The notes under the pieces: model-generated
Told to the model about the DNA's origin: nothing
Database searches by the model: none
Seen by the model: the letters and a program-made list of their open reading frames with translations, nothing else
Made by a program: the position numbers and the translations under genes
IMG/VR virus record: IMGVR_UViG_3300045135_002615
Coordinates: 232,643 to 296,642 of that record
Strand: one strand, 5' to 3'
Length of the DNA: 64,000 nucleotides
Part shown: positions 28,801 through 39,046 of the stretch, piece after piece
Position numbering within the stretch: position 1 is the stretch's first letter
Layout of the letters: every line of letters starts with the position of its first letter

Positions 28801-31800
28801 GCAGACGGAGGTATCACTGTAGATGCAGGTGTGTTCACGGTTGATGGTACTTCAGGTGCAATCGCTACGACTTCTACAATCAGTGCTCGTAGCAACCTCA
28901 CTCTCGATGACACAACCAACACCACATCACCTAACTTCTTCATCAAAGAGCACACAGCTAACGTAACAACCTTTGAGGTTCTCGGTGAGACAGGTAACAC
29001 CTCTATCTCAGGGACACTTGATGTCACAGGTGCTACAACACTGAACTCAACTGTGACCGCTACAGGTGAGACTACCATTAGTGGTGCTGATCTCATTGTA
29101 GATGACGGCAACGTCACAGATGTGTTCTCGGTTGCAAACGCTACAGGTAACACCAACGTAGGTGGTACTCTCGATGTTGGTGGGGTCACAACTCTAGGTG
29201 CTAACCTAGACCTCGACAGCAACAGCATTGTGAATGCAAACGATGTGGCGATCACTACCCTTAGCGGTGTGGGCTCTACCTACGACCTTGTACTCACAGA
29301 CAATCAAGCAACCGCTCTTGAGATCAAGGAAGCGGGTACTGCCTACCAGACCTTCGTCACTACGGACGGGGGTGAAAAGGTGACGTTCGGTAAGCTCATA
29401 GAGGCTCCAGAGAGTTCAAAGCTCGCAAACCTTACGTTCACTAATGGTGTGATCACCTCTGCTACGGGGGCTTTGAGCCTCGGTACAGATAGCCTCACCA
29501 CTACGGGTACTGCTGATCTCGGTGCGACTACTGTAGATAGCCTCAATGTGAGCAACTCTAACATCACCAATGTTGCGGACATCGCACTCGATACAATCTC
29601 TGCTAATGGTGGAGATGTGGTGAAGGTTGATCTTGTAGACAACCTTGCTCTTGCCTTTGAGATTGTAGATGATCTCGGTGGTGCTAATGAGACTTCATAC
29701 CTTCAGATATCATCAACTACGGGTGCTGAGAGCGTCACTCTACCACAGGCTACTATCGTAGACGGGTCCTTGACCGCCAATGCAGGCGTGACCGCTTCTG
29801 CTATTGCTTCCCTCGGCAATGTGGTTCTTGATGACACGACTAACACCACATCACCTAACCTGACCATTAACGAGCATGTGGGCAATACCACGACCTTCCA
29901 GGTGCTTGGTGCTTCAGGTAATGTCTCTACAGAGGGTACGCTCAGCGTAGCTTCTACCTCTACCTTTAGTGGAGAGGTGACAGTAGCCAACGTGAATCTT
30001 GTAGTTGAGGACGGAGCTAACCAAGAGAACTTCAAGGTACTCCCATCAGGGAACACCACGATTGCAGGTACTCTTGATGTCACAGGTGCGGTGACTGTCT
30101 CTAGTGGTGTTGACCTTAACAACTCGGACTTGACTGAGGTCAATGCACTTAAGGTCACAACTATTCAGAGCCAGGCGGCAGCCACCTCTTTTGACATTGT
30201 TCTTGATGACAATCAAGCCTCTGCTCTTGAGATCAAAGAGGGTGTCAACGTCTATCAGACCTTCGTCACTACGGACGCGGGGGAGAAGGTAGTCTTTGGT
30301 AAGCTCATCGAAGCTCCTAATAGCTCTAAGGTGGCAGGTATCACCTTTAGTGGTGATGGCTTCACTTCTGCTGGTGGTACGATCAGCCTCACATCAGATG
30401 ATCTCACCACGACAGGTTCTATCACTGTTGGTGATGGTAATGGAGGTACGAGCATTGACGCACAAGAGGGCGACATCATCAATGTCAACGACATTGCTCT
30501 TGATACGATCTCCTCTAACAACTCAACCGTACAAGTCCTCATGGATGACAATGTAGCGGGTGCGTTTGAGCTTCTTGAGGGTGCTAACTCATACATCAAG
30601 GTAGACACCACTGATGGCTCAGAGATCATCACGATCTCTACGGATGTTGAGTTCACGGGTACTGCAAGCTTCACAGCAGGTGCGATTGGGCTTAGCGGTG
30701 GTAATGTCGTAGTTAATGAAACGGGCAACCCTAACTATGACTTCCGTGTAGAGGGTGACACTCAGACCCACTTGATCTTCACAGATGCTTCTGCTGACCG
30801 TGTGGGCATCAACAACGCGACACCTAGCGTACAGCTCGATGTTGTAGGTGATACGCTCATCACAGGAGACACAACTCTTGATGGTGCTGTGACACTTAAG
30901 GGTGGTGCTGTTGTCATCAATGAGGATGCTGAGAACTTTGATCTTCGAGTAGAGGGTGTGTCTGACACCAACGTGCTTGTAGTTGATGCGTCAGCGGACT
31001 CTGTGGCTATCGGTAAGGCGGTCGCTTCTGCGAAGCTAGATGTAGCGGGTGACGTTGCGATCTCAACAACTCTTGATGTGACAGGTAAAACAACCCTTGT
31101 TGGTTCTCTTGATCTGACGACAGCTTCAACTGATGGCATCACTTTCCGTAGTGAGATCATCGCTAATGATGGAGATGCGGATCAGACACTTATCAGTGTA
31201 AATAAGGGAGACGCAGGAGCTAATCAGTCTACGATCTCATGGGACGCTTCTGAGGGTCACTTCACGATCACTGATGGTTTGAACTCTGAGGCAGACTTCA
31301 CCGTAGGTGCTAATGATGGTGCTAAGGTGTTCACGATTGCTTCGGCATCTGGTAACACTGAGCTCAGTGGTGTTCTCTCCGTCAAGTCTGCGGACTTGGC
31401 AGGTGACGCTAATGTACAATCTGCGATTGTCCTTCTGAACTCAGACGCTACCGCACTTGGTGCTGAGAGAGATGCCCGTGTTGAGGTTGAGCGTGGTACT
31501 GCTACCAACGCTTACATCTTGTGGGATGAGAGTGAGGACGAGTGGGCGATCTCTAACGCACTCAAGTCAGAGGGTAACTTCTTCGTAGGTGCGGACACAT
31601 TCACCGTCACAGCTTCTAATGGCAATACTTCAGTAGGCGGTACACTTGGAGTGACGGGGGCTATCACAGCTACGGCACAGAACCATACGATCTCAGACTT
31701 TACGATTGCGGATGGGTCGATCTCATCAGCTACGGCTACGATTGACTTCAACGCGAACAACTTGACGACTACAGGTTCTATTACCTGTACGAACATGACG

Positions 31801-34800
31801 GTCAATGGGACACTGACTACGATCAACTCAACTGATCTTGAGATCACAGATGCTGTCATCAGGCTGAATAAGGGGGTTGAGGGTGCTGCTAATGCTCGTG
31901 ACATTGGCATCATCATGGAGCGTGGTACTACAGGTAATGATGCGATCTTCTTCTGGGACGAGACTGATGACATCTTCAAGATGGGTCTTACCAATGTAGC
32001 TGCGGATCAGACTGACTTCACCGACCCTGTGACTTGGGGTGACTTGAAGATTGGTACGCTCACGACCACAAGCACGATCACTTCTACGGGTGTGGTCAAC
32101 GCTAATGGTGGCATTGCGATTGATACCAACGGGCTAACGATTGACGGTGCTACCTATAAGATCAGCTCTACGGGTGAGGTGCTTGTCAACAAGGCATCTA
32201 CAGCGGCGTTCCTTGTTCAAGATGGGTCCGCTAATCCAATCTTCAACATTGACACTACAGGGAGCAAGGTAACGATCACCACCGCTCTGTTTGAGCCTGA
32301 TGCGGGCATCAACGTAGGAGCGGATGTGTTCTCAGTGAGCAACACAGGCGTAACCTCTATCTTGAACACCGCTAATGTGACCATCACAGATGCCAACGCC
32401 TTTGTAGTTGAGGATTCAGGCAATACCGCAGTGCTGAATGTGGATACCGCTCAGTATATCACATCACTTGAGGGTCAACTCAAGGTTAATGATGTGAGAC
32501 CATTTACGGCTAATAGTGGTGACTTCAAGGTACGCATGACGGACAACGTGGCTAATGGTCTTGAGATTGTTGGCATCGGTGGAACGTCTTACATGACGTT
32601 CACCTCTACTACGGGTAGTGAAGCCATCACAGTCAATCAAGATACCACAATGAACGAGACACTGAGCGTGACAGGTCTTGTGACGCTCTCTGATGACTTG
32701 AACATTGAGAACAGCCATACGAGGGGTATCTTCTTCAACTCTAATGGTTCAGCCATCGCGGGTGCAGATGCTACCTTGATCACGATTGAGCAGGGTACGA
32801 CTTACGCTTCTGATGTTGTCCTTTCATGGGACATCAGTGATAAGTCACTCAACTTGAACAATGAGGCGAGCCTTCATCTACAGGGTCGTGCAGGTTCTAA
32901 CGCCTTCACGGTAGGTGGTACGACTTCAAGTTCTGCTAATGCAACCTTGACGACAGCGGGTGCTCTCACACTTGCTTCTACGATGACAGCACCTACGGTC
33001 ACACTTGATGAGATGACTGACCGCACGGGTGACGGCATGGTGTTCTCAATGACCGCAGGTCAGACAGCGGGTCTTTTGATCCGTGAGGACACAACCAACT
33101 ACATCACCTTGAATACGACTGCTGAGTCAATCACACTCCATCGTCCTACGACACTTGGTTCAACTGTAGCCATCACGGGTGTCACTACGCTTTCTGATAC
33201 CCTCGCCCTTACAAAGAGCGTGGCGGATACGGGTATTGTGTTCAACTCGAACAGGCAAGCGGCAGATACACCTAATGGTGTGGACTTTGATGCTCTCTTG
33301 CTCCATGTTGAGAATGGAGGGGCTGTTGGTGCAGTAGACGCTTATCTCAAGTGGGACGACTCAGAGTCTAGCTTTGTTGTAGAGGGTGGTAAGCTCCATG
33401 CTTCTACTGCGTTCTCAGTGGGGACTAACATCTCTACTAAGAACTTCAATGTGACGACAGCGGGTGTTGTGACACAGAGTGGTTCGTTGACGCTTGATGA
33501 CATCGGTAATGCCGTTAACCCTGACTTTAGCATTGTGAACACCGCAGGTACTACGACCTTTGAGGTTTTGGGTGCTACGGGTAACACTAGCATTGAGGGG
33601 ACTCTTGCGGTCACAGGTATCTCAACCTTCGATCAGAAGATCAACGTACTCAGCGGTTTCTCTGATTCGGCTCTTGTTATCAACTCTGATCTTACAGGTG
33701 TCGGTCAAGAAGCTAATGCGAACATCCTCATGGTGGAGCGAGGAACAGGTACAAGGGCACGCTTCAACTGGGATGAAGCCGATAACACCTTTGAGTTCTA
33801 TGCAGGAGTCACGGGTGGTAATGGAGGCATTAAGCTAGGAGTCAACACCGTATACTCTGACAGTGGTTCATTGAGCTTCAGCGACAATGATCTGACAAAC
33901 TCAGGTAGTTTGAGCCTCACGGGTACAGCGACCTTGAGTGTTGCAGGTACGACTACGCTTTCAGACAATGTCACTATTGCAACCACTAAGAGCCTTACTC
34001 TGAATGAGGGCGTTGCGAATGCGGCGGCAGATGTAGACGCTACGATCTTTGTTGATCGTGGTACTGATACGGATGTGTTCCTCCGTTGGGACGAGGGTGA
34101 TGATCGTTGGAAGATCACTAATGATGGTGTGACGGCATACAACGTGTTGCATGAGAATGACGCTCTCTTGAGCTTGACACTTGCGGCTTACTCAGGTGCG
34201 GCTACTTCGAGCCATACTGTGAGGCAGAACGCGAATACGTTGACCCTTCAAGGTACAAACGAGCAGGTTCAGGTCGGCTACAATGCGGGTGTGGTTACGC
34301 TCAGTTTGCCTAACACCGTGACCATACCTGGTGACTTGAACGTGACCTCGATCACATCACTTGGTTCGGTGTTGCGTATTCAAGACCCCTTGATCTTCTT
34401 GGGTCAGTCAGTAGCCGCACAGAAGGACTCAGGCTTCTATCAGCAGTATCGTAATGACTCGCTATCTATCCGCTTCAGTGGTCTTGTTTATCGTCCTACA
34501 CAGAGCCGTTGGGCATTGTTTGATGATAACTCTACCTTGAGCTCAGCGGGTAGTGATGAGACGATTGCCGCACCTGACTCAGAGTTGGCACTCTTGGATG
34601 TGAGTTCACTTCGTGGTGGTCTTGCTACGGGTACGGATACAGCGGGTAGTGATCTTGCTATCATTGGTGGTGCGAGTACGGGTGCAGGTGCAGGTGGTAA
34701 GATACTGCTTCAGACCACACCCACAAACATCAGTGGGTCTACTGCTAATATACCTTCAACCGCACTTGAGATTGATGCTACTCAGAAGGCTACCTTCAAG

Positions 34801-35172
34801 GCAGACGTTGAGATTGAGCGTGATGGTATTGGCTTTGCTGTTGTCACGGCTAAGACATCTGAGGGTAGTCGTTATGAGATCACTGAGGACACGGGTGCTT
34901 CGCTGAGCGTGACTGCACCCTCATCGGCTCTGACCAACAAGGATGCTTACTTTGTGGACAATAGTGGTACGGACTTCGATGTTGATCTCTTTGCTTTGAC
35001 GAGCAACAACCAAGACGGCTATGTTCTGACGATCTTCAACACGGACTCAACTGCTAATGCTACGGTGAACGCTGATGGCACGGAGACGATCAGTGGTAGT
35101 GCATCTAAGGTGATTGCACCTAATGGTAGTTTGAGCCTCATGGCAAAGGGGAACAACTGGTACGTCATGTAA
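25831..35172 (+). CDS. Giant tail-fibre-like protein (3113 aa) with Mtd_N-like N-terminus
   Basis: VQLRRGTSAENNAFTGAVGEITVDT..RVHDGVTAGG N-terminus; DPVNDQDVATKAYVD; Thr/Gly/Asp-rich beta repeats. Confidence 0.85.
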   Translation: MSVRRVQLRRGTSAENNAFTGAVGEITVDTTQNTIRVHDGVTAGGTETTLPDLSNIAPSATVDFNNQRIENVLDPVNDQDVATKAYVDSGGGIELGELINVTLNAPANGQIIVYDSDGGAEDNQWKNVTLSGDISIDNAGVASIGSEVIVNDDIANGTIQNVKLVNDSVTIGATEVVLGTTETSFSGLTGLDFTNADATIGASMTDDGAGTPTVLTLGGNGSRVKVANELLVVGDLTVQGTTTTVDSTNVAVADRVVELNKDLAVANANDLGLFLNRGTEDDALILWDEDLGGFLLATHSGLVDSSTLDYSSVVGLTRGDLYIGNLDVETNTTLGGTLGVTGVTTLTGLLNANGGIAVDTNAFTVADTTGNTNIQGTLDVVGKSTLASTSTIGDLEFTNGQIQTTAVDNNLSFNDNNLSTTGTLAVGSTTVQGNSFISVEKGATHSLLLNSDVVGDNTPANASIGVALSDGPSYATITWTQADTTWDVSHNMSVATDLTVGQDLIVTRNIVLTDSATQGITFQHDVVAGADETLLRVDRGATYSVLSWDESSAYFSVSHGLNVVGAISQGPVDGPENFSVSNAGVITTDSDGHRIAGLTFNGTTIEAFTNGAGIDFGDEDVSTTGDFSAANITSTSDMTINTATFSGLLTANGGITADGGVFTVADTTGNVATTGTLSVTGDVAINTNKFNITGATGAVSLDGTTGVITASAEGHLIADFSISDGSFTSATQIINMGTNDVTTTGDISATDITSTGDMTINTATATGLVQADGGLNVNDAFTVAANGDVVTSGTADLGATTVDSLNVSNANITSVGAIQLDTIQSAGDAVSFDILLDDNQATALEIKEGANVYQTFVTTDAGEKVVFGKLIEAPDSSVVANFTFSGSTISSSTDSMDIGNDALTTTGTGTFGSLDVSGGNIVDAGDVALDTISPAGASVVVDLPDNGGVAFSIVDDLGGANQTNYLQVTTTTGLEEVTLPQRTRVQGQFHADGGITVDAGVFTVDGTSGAIATTSTISARSNLTLDDTTNTTSPNFFIKEHTANVTTFEVLGETGNTSISGTLDVTGATTLNSTVTATGETTISGADLIVDDGNVTDVFSVANATGNTNVGGTLDVGGVTTLGANLDLDSNSIVNANDVAITTLSGVGSTYDLVLTDNQATALEIKEAGTAYQTFVTTDGGEKVTFGKLIEAPESSKLANLTFTNGVITSATGALSLGTDSLTTTGTADLGATTVDSLNVSNSNITNVADIALDTISANGGDVVKVDLVDNLALAFEIVDDLGGANETSYLQISSTTGAESVTLPQATIVDGSLTANAGVTASAIASLGNVVLDDTTNTTSPNLTINEHVGNTTTFQVLGASGNVSTEGTLSVASTSTFSGEVTVANVNLVVEDGANQENFKVLPSGNTTIAGTLDVTGAVTVSSGVDLNNSDLTEVNALKVTTIQSQAAATSFDIVLDDNQASALEIKEGVNVYQTFVTTDAGEKVVFGKLIEAPNSSKVAGITFSGDGFTSAGGTISLTSDDLTTTGSITVGDGNGGTSIDAQEGDIINVNDIALDTISSNNSTVQVLMDDNVAGAFELLEGANSYIKVDTTDGSEIITISTDVEFTGTASFTAGAIGLSGGNVVVNETGNPNYDFRVEGDTQTHLIFTDASADRVGINNATPSVQLDVVGDTLITGDTTLDGAVTLKGGAVVINEDAENFDLRVEGVSDTNVLVVDASADSVAIGKAVASAKLDVAGDVAISTTLDVTGKTTLVGSLDLTTASTDGITFRSEIIANDGDADQTLISVNKGDAGANQSTISWDASEGHFTITDGLNSEADFTVGANDGAKVFTIASASGNTELSGVLSVKSADLAGDANVQSAIVLLNSDATALGAERDARVEVERGTATNAYILWDESEDEWAISNALKSEGNFFVGADTFTVTASNGNTSVGGTLGVTGAITATAQNHTISDFTIADGSISSATATIDFNANNLTTTGSITCTNMTVNGTLTTINSTDLEITDAVIRLNKGVEGAANARDIGIIMERGTTGNDAIFFWDETDDIFKMGLTNVAADQTDFTDPVTWGDLKIGTLTTTSTITSTGVVNANGGIAIDTNGLTIDGATYKISSTGEVLVNKASTAAFLVQDGSANPIFNIDTTGSKVTITTALFEPDAGINVGADVFSVSNTGVTSILNTANVTITDANAFVVEDSGNTAVLNVDTAQYITSLEGQLKVNDVRPFTANSGDFKVRMTDNVANGLEIVGIGGTSYMTFTSTTGSEAITVNQDTTMNETLSVTGLVTLSDDLNIENSHTRGIFFNSNGSAIAGADATLITIEQGTTYASDVVLSWDISDKSLNLNNEASLHLQGRAGSNAFTVGGTTSSSANATLTTAGALTLASTMTAPTVTLDEMTDRTGDGMVFSMTAGQTAGLLIREDTTNYITLNTTAESITLHRPTTLGSTVAITGVTTLSDTLALTKSVADTGIVFNSNRQAADTPNGVDFDALLLHVENGGAVGAVDAYLKWDDSESSFVVEGGKLHASTAFSVGTNISTKNFNVTTAGVVTQSGSLTLDDIGNAVNPDFSIVNTAGTTTFEVLGATGNTSIEGTLAVTGISTFDQKINVLSGFSDSALVINSDLTGVGQEANANILMVERGTGTRARFNWDEADNTFEFYAGVTGGNGGIKLGVNTVYSDSGSLSFSDNDLTNSGSLSLTGTATLSVAGTTTLSDNVTIATTKSLTLNEGVANAAADVDATIFVDRGTDTDVFLRWDEGDDRWKITNDGVTAYNVLHENDALLSLTLAAYSGAATSSHTVRQNANTLTLQGTNEQVQVGYNAGVVTLSLPNTVTIPGDLNVTSITSLGSVLRIQDPLIFLGQSVAAQKDSGFYQQYRNDSLSIRFSGLVYRPTQSRWALFDDNSTLSSAGSDETIAAPDSELALLDVSSLRGGLATGTDTAGSDLAIIGGASTGAGAGGKILLQTTPTNISGSTANIPSTALEIDATQKATFKADVEIERDGIGFAVVTAKTSEGSRYEITEDTGASLSVTAPSSALTNKDAYFVDNSGTDFDVDLFALTSNNQDGYVLTIFNTDSTANATVNADGTETISGSASKVIAPNGSLSLMAKGNNWYVM

Positions 35173-35273
35173 GTTTGGCACAAGTAATCCCTTTGTCGGT
35201 ATAGTGAGGTAGCCATTTGGCACACTCACCGCGAGGCAACCTTTCCAAGCCTCCTCAGACAAAGGGATTACTT

Positions 35274-35837
35274 GTGAAGATTAAGACTCTTCTTTTGACC
35301 TTAGCTCTTTCACTTTCTTTTACGGTGGCTCAAGCAACTCCGACTTGCTCAAGCACAAAGTATAAGCTCGTGTATGATGGCGTGTCTTTCAATGACACGG
35401 AGGATGCTGCGTACCGCAAGTTGAAGCGTACCTTTGGACGCAAGGCGAGAGTCCGTAAGATTAATGGCAACATCATGGTTGACTTTAAGAAGCCATTTAA
35501 GAACCTTGACACGATTGCATACAGTATCAAGGGCGGGCGTGTGACCCGTATCATCTTCAGCTACCACAATAACTTCATCGCAAGTCTTGGAGGTCTTAAG
35601 GATGCTCTCATGACTCTCTTGAAGGCGAGTGTGGACAAGTATGGTAAGGCTGATAATGTAGACACCTCAGAGGCTAAGTCATCAGGTAGAATCTCTGCGG
35701 TGTGGGCTGAGGACAATGGTGGTCAACTGATCATTGTAGGTAAAGACCCTTCCACCTTGATTGTCCGTGTAGATTGCAACTCTCTTGAGAAGCATCTCAT
35801 TGATCAGGTAACCAAGTCAGCTAACTTCGGCTTCTAA
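35274..35837 (+). CDS. Secreted/periplasmic hypothetical protein
   Basis: GTG start; signal peptide MKIKTLLLTLALSLSFTVAQA. Confidence 0.7.
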   Translation: MKIKTLLLTLALSLSFTVAQATPTCSSTKYKLVYDGVSFNDTEDAAYRKLKRTFGRKARVRKINGNIMVDFKKPFKNLDTIAYSIKGGRVTRIIFSYHNNFIASLGGLKDALMTLLKASVDKYGKADNVDTSEAKSSGRISAVWAEDNGGQLIIVGKDPSTLIVRVDCNSLEKHLIDQVTKSANFGF

Positions 35838-36295
35838 GGCCACACATACTCAAGACCTGCCTGATCATCAGGGAAATGGGTCTTGTAGTGTGTAGGGCTC
35901 TTTTCTAAGAGCTTAGACCTATGGCTCTTATGGATACTTTCATTACCCCACCAACTCGGTGGGGTTTTGTTTGTATGGGGGTGTAGCTCTCTCCACTTTT
36001 GGAAGCGAGGGAGCATGGTGTCTTTGTATCCTCTAGATATCCATTCTCTACAGATGGCTTCTGAGTAGAGGCATAGGAACCACTCATGTCCTTGCCACAT
36101 CAATACGGCGGGGTGGTTGATCCAACCTCTTTTACGTCTTCTGCCGAGTTTATCGGTGGTGTAGAGGTTGTTGTCTTTGAGGTGGGTAAGGGTGTTTAGG
36201 ATTTGCCAAGATTCTACTCTTTGCTTGCCTAGTCGCTTTACGTCTAGTGATTGAGCGATGTCTTGGAAATTGGTGTGTGGGATAAATGTTTGCAT
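35834..36295 (-). CDS. Pyrimidine-dimer DNA glycosylase/endonuclease V-like protein (MSMEG_6728-like)
   Basis: MQTFIP..LDVKRLGKQRVE..QIL, GWINHPAVLMW.G, HKSHRSKLL. Confidence 0.85.
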   Translation of the reverse strand: MQTFIPHTNFQDIAQSLDVKRLGKQRVESWQILNTLTHLKDNNLYTTDKLGRRRKRGWINHPAVLMWQGHEWFLCLYSEAICREWISRGYKDTMLPRFQKWRELHPHTNKTPPSWWGNESIHKSHRSKLLEKSPTHYKTHFPDDQAGLEYVWP

Positions 36296-36363
36296 TTGCT
36301 TTCGTTGGACATTTATGTCTATAGTTGATGTCACTCAACATTTGATCTAAGGAGGCTAAGTCC

Positions 36364-37062
36364 ATGACTTATCGAGTAGATTCTAACTTGTCTATAACTA
36401 GGGTTGGGAATGGGGAGTCAACGGTGAACCTGAAACCATCAGATCATCACTTTGTGGCACACAATGGTCAGACGTTAGTCTTGCCTACCTTGGTTGGTAA
36501 TCTTGACCGTGAGGTGTGGTGTAAGCTAGGCGATGTCTACACCACTGGTGTGACTATCAACACCGCAGATCCCTCTGAGACAATCGAGGGGGATGCGAGT
36601 GTTACAATCGACACCGACTATGGCTATGTTGCACTATTGGCTACCTCATCAGGTTGGGTGGTAACTTCCTCTACAAAGGTAAAGCCACCTTCAATAGGGG
36701 ACGAGTCAAGGAATATCGCTACTACCTCTTATGTGAAAGGGAACATGAGAGTGGGATTAAATGAGGTGAACGCCTCACATACTCTTACACTCTCTGATGA
36801 GGGGTCTCTTATATTGTTTACGGGGCTCACCGCTGATGCTGTGCTTACAATACCTTTAGAGGCATCCGTGAACTTCCCTCTTGGGACACAAATGATGGTG
36901 ACGAATGCTACCTCTTTCAACTTGTCGATCACTCCAACCGCAGGGGTGAACCTTAACAGCAGTGGTGCAACAGGCACACGCACGCTTTCAGCTCAGTACT
37001 CAGGAGCGAGCTTGATTAAGACCGCTACAGATACTTGGTATCTCTTTGGCGACTTAGGTTGA
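36364..37062 (+). CDS. Tail fibre adaptor-like protein (paralog 1)
   Basis: MTYRVDSNL N-terminus; C-terminal FPLGTQ..QYSGASLIK..WYLFGDL domain. Confidence 0.75.
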   Translation: MTYRVDSNLSITRVGNGESTVNLKPSDHHFVAHNGQTLVLPTLVGNLDREVWCKLGDVYTTGVTINTADPSETIEGDASVTIDTDYGYVALLATSSGWVVTSSTKVKPPSIGDESRNIATTSYVKGNMRVGLNEVNASHTLTLSDEGSLILFTGLTADAVLTIPLEASVNFPLGTQMMVTNATSFNLSITPTAGVNLNSSGATGTRTLSAQYSGASLIKTATDTWYLFGDLG

Positions 37063-37069
37063 GAGACTG

Positions 37070-37750
37070 ATGCTTAAAGGAATGATGGGTTCAGTCTCTA
37101 GTGCCTTCTTCCCCTTGAAGCTCGTGGGTGCGATGTCTTATGACGGGGCTTCATCAAGTAACTTGTTAGTCTCTGATGTGACCGACTTAAAGATGAAAGG
37201 AAAGGACTTTACAATCGAGTGGTACCAATACCAAACAGACACCAACCCTAACCCCCGCATCTTCTCAAAGGGGACTTACCCTAACGCTGATGTTGCCGTC
37301 TCAATCGAGTCAAATGTTTTCTACTATTGGGAAGGAGGGTCTGCCATCTCAATCGCTACCTTGAGTAACTACAAGAACCGATGGGTTCACTTCGCAGTCA
37401 CTAGGGCTAGTGGAGCCATCAGGGTCTTCATGGATGGGGTTCTCTTAAACACATTCTCCTCAAACCATAACTACAACTCAAACTCTCAGCTAAGGATTGC
37501 TAATGAAGAGGTCTTGAGTTCGGGTTCTTATTTTGGAGGTCATCTCACCAACTTCCATTGGGCGGTGGGTCTTGCGAAGTATACCTCAAACTTTGAGAGA
37601 CCCTCCTCCCCAATATCACCTATTGCTCAAACGGACTTACTGCTCTTGGCTACGGACCTAGCTAACGTAACCACTGACTCAAGTGTTAACTCTTTGACTG
37701 CGGTCAACAACAATGTCACATGGTCAGCTTTCCGTAAGGTTATGAGTTAA
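37070..37750 (+). CDS. LamG/concanavalin A-like lectin protein
   Basis: DFTIEW, NRWVHFAVTR, IRVFMDG, YTSNF..P. Confidence 0.8.
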   Translation: MLKGMMGSVSSAFFPLKLVGAMSYDGASSSNLLVSDVTDLKMKGKDFTIEWYQYQTDTNPNPRIFSKGTYPNADVAVSIESNVFYYWEGGSAISIATLSNYKNRWVHFAVTRASGAIRVFMDGVLLNTFSSNHNYNSNSQLRIANEEVLSSGSYFGGHLTNFHWAVGLAKYTSNFERPSSPISPIAQTDLLLLATDLANVTTDSSVNSLTAVNNNVTWSAFRKVMS

Positions 37751-37799
37751 TAGACTTTTAATGGGAGAACTCCTTATGTGCCTACAGAGGAGTTGTGCC

Positions 37800-38426
37800 A
37801 TGTCTTATAGAGTTGACTCAAACCTAGTCGGTGTAAAGGTAGCCGCAGATGCGACCTCTTACACACTTGCTGTTACAGATGATCACTATGTTGCCTATGT
37901 AGGTCAAACGATCACCTTGCCTTCTTTAGCAAGTAGTTTAGGGCGTACCTTCTTCATTAAGCTTGGCTCTGTTGCAACCTCACCTGTCACAATCAACGCA
38001 GGTGGTTCAGATACAATAGAAGGTGCAAGCTCCTACACTCTAGAAACAGACTATGACTTCGTTGAGCTTGTAGGTGGTAGTTCCACATGGCTCATATCTA
38101 AGGAGTCGAACACTAGAATCCCTGTGAGCTCATGGACAACGAGTGCCACTCTCTCAAGGAGTGATGAAGGTGGCTTGATACAGAGCAACTCAACATCCGC
38201 GATTGTGGCTACCGTGCCACCTAACAGCTCAGCTGCTTTTCCTGTAGGCACTCAGATTATTCTTGCTCGTAAGAACACCGGGACGTTCTCAGTGACACCG
38301 GGTAGTGGAGTTACGATTAACTCTGTAGGGAGTAATCGCTTCATCTCAACACAATACGGGGCAGCGACACTCGTCAAGGTAGCCACTAACGAGTGGTATC
38401 TCTTTGGCGATCTCTCGGCATCGTAA
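37800..38426 (+). CDS. Tail fibre adaptor-like protein (paralog 2)
   Basis: MSYRVDSNL N-terminus; FPVGTQ..QYGAATLVK..WYLFGDL C-terminus. Confidence 0.75.
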   Translation: MSYRVDSNLVGVKVAADATSYTLAVTDDHYVAYVGQTITLPSLASSLGRTFFIKLGSVATSPVTINAGGSDTIEGASSYTLETDYDFVELVGGSSTWLISKESNTRIPVSSWTTSATLSRSDEGGLIQSNSTSAIVATVPPNSSAAFPVGTQIILARKNTGTFSVTPGSGVTINSVGSNRFISTQYGAATLVKVATNEWYLFGDLSAS

Positions 38427-39004
38427 TGATTGCTACAATTCATGGGGTTGCATCATCTCGGAGGAAGTATATCTCTTCATCTCTAGATGTAAGGGTTTTC
38501 AGTATTCACGCAGGTACGGGCAGTCAGACCCAGTACTTAAACTTCCCGACTACCAAGACTACCTTTGATCGTTTGTTTGATACGGGATATTCAAACACCT
38601 CTTTGTCTTGGACAGGTACGCTCAGTCCTAGTGTGGCTTTGAACCACTCAAATTATACGACACTCACTTCAGCGGGAGTGAGTGTACCCAATGCAGGTAA
38701 CTACTTCTCTTTAGAGGCAACAGGGGTATTCATCCCCAAAGAGACTGGCACTTACACGTTCTACATCGACTCGGACGATGGTAGTGATTTGTATATCGGG
38801 GGCAACCTTGTAGTCTCTTACTATGGTGGTCATGGTATTGGGACGAGCGTGAGTGGCACAATAAGCCTCATCTCAGGGAGAGCGTATACCTTCGTTGCAA
38901 GGATGCAAGAGTATCAAGGTGGTGAAGGTCTTATCTTGAAGTGGAGGAGACCTTCACAGGGTACTCAGACATTACAATCTGACGAGGTGTTCAGGACTCC
39001 GTAG
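38426..39004 (+). CDS. PA14-domain carbohydrate-binding protein
   Basis: FSLEATGVFIPKETGTYTFYIDSDDGSDLYI..QEYQGGEGLILKW; TAATG coupling. Confidence 0.85.
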   Translation: MIATIHGVASSRRKYISSSLDVRVFSIHAGTGSQTQYLNFPTTKTTFDRLFDTGYSNTSLSWTGTLSPSVALNHSNYTTLTSAGVSVPNAGNYFSLEATGVFIPKETGTYTFYIDSDDGSDLYIGGNLVVSYYGGHGIGTSVSGTISLISGRAYTFVARMQEYQGGEGLILKWRRPSQGTQTLQSDEVFRTP

Positions 39005-39046
39005 TTCTTCATCGGCACAACATTTGAACTAAGAAAGGTGGTAAAT

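Noticed and set aside
16926-35262. Many 60-160 aa antisense and off-frame ORFs in the giant genes
   Set aside because: Expected from the biased codon usage of Thr/Gly/Asp/Val-rich genes; no independent features
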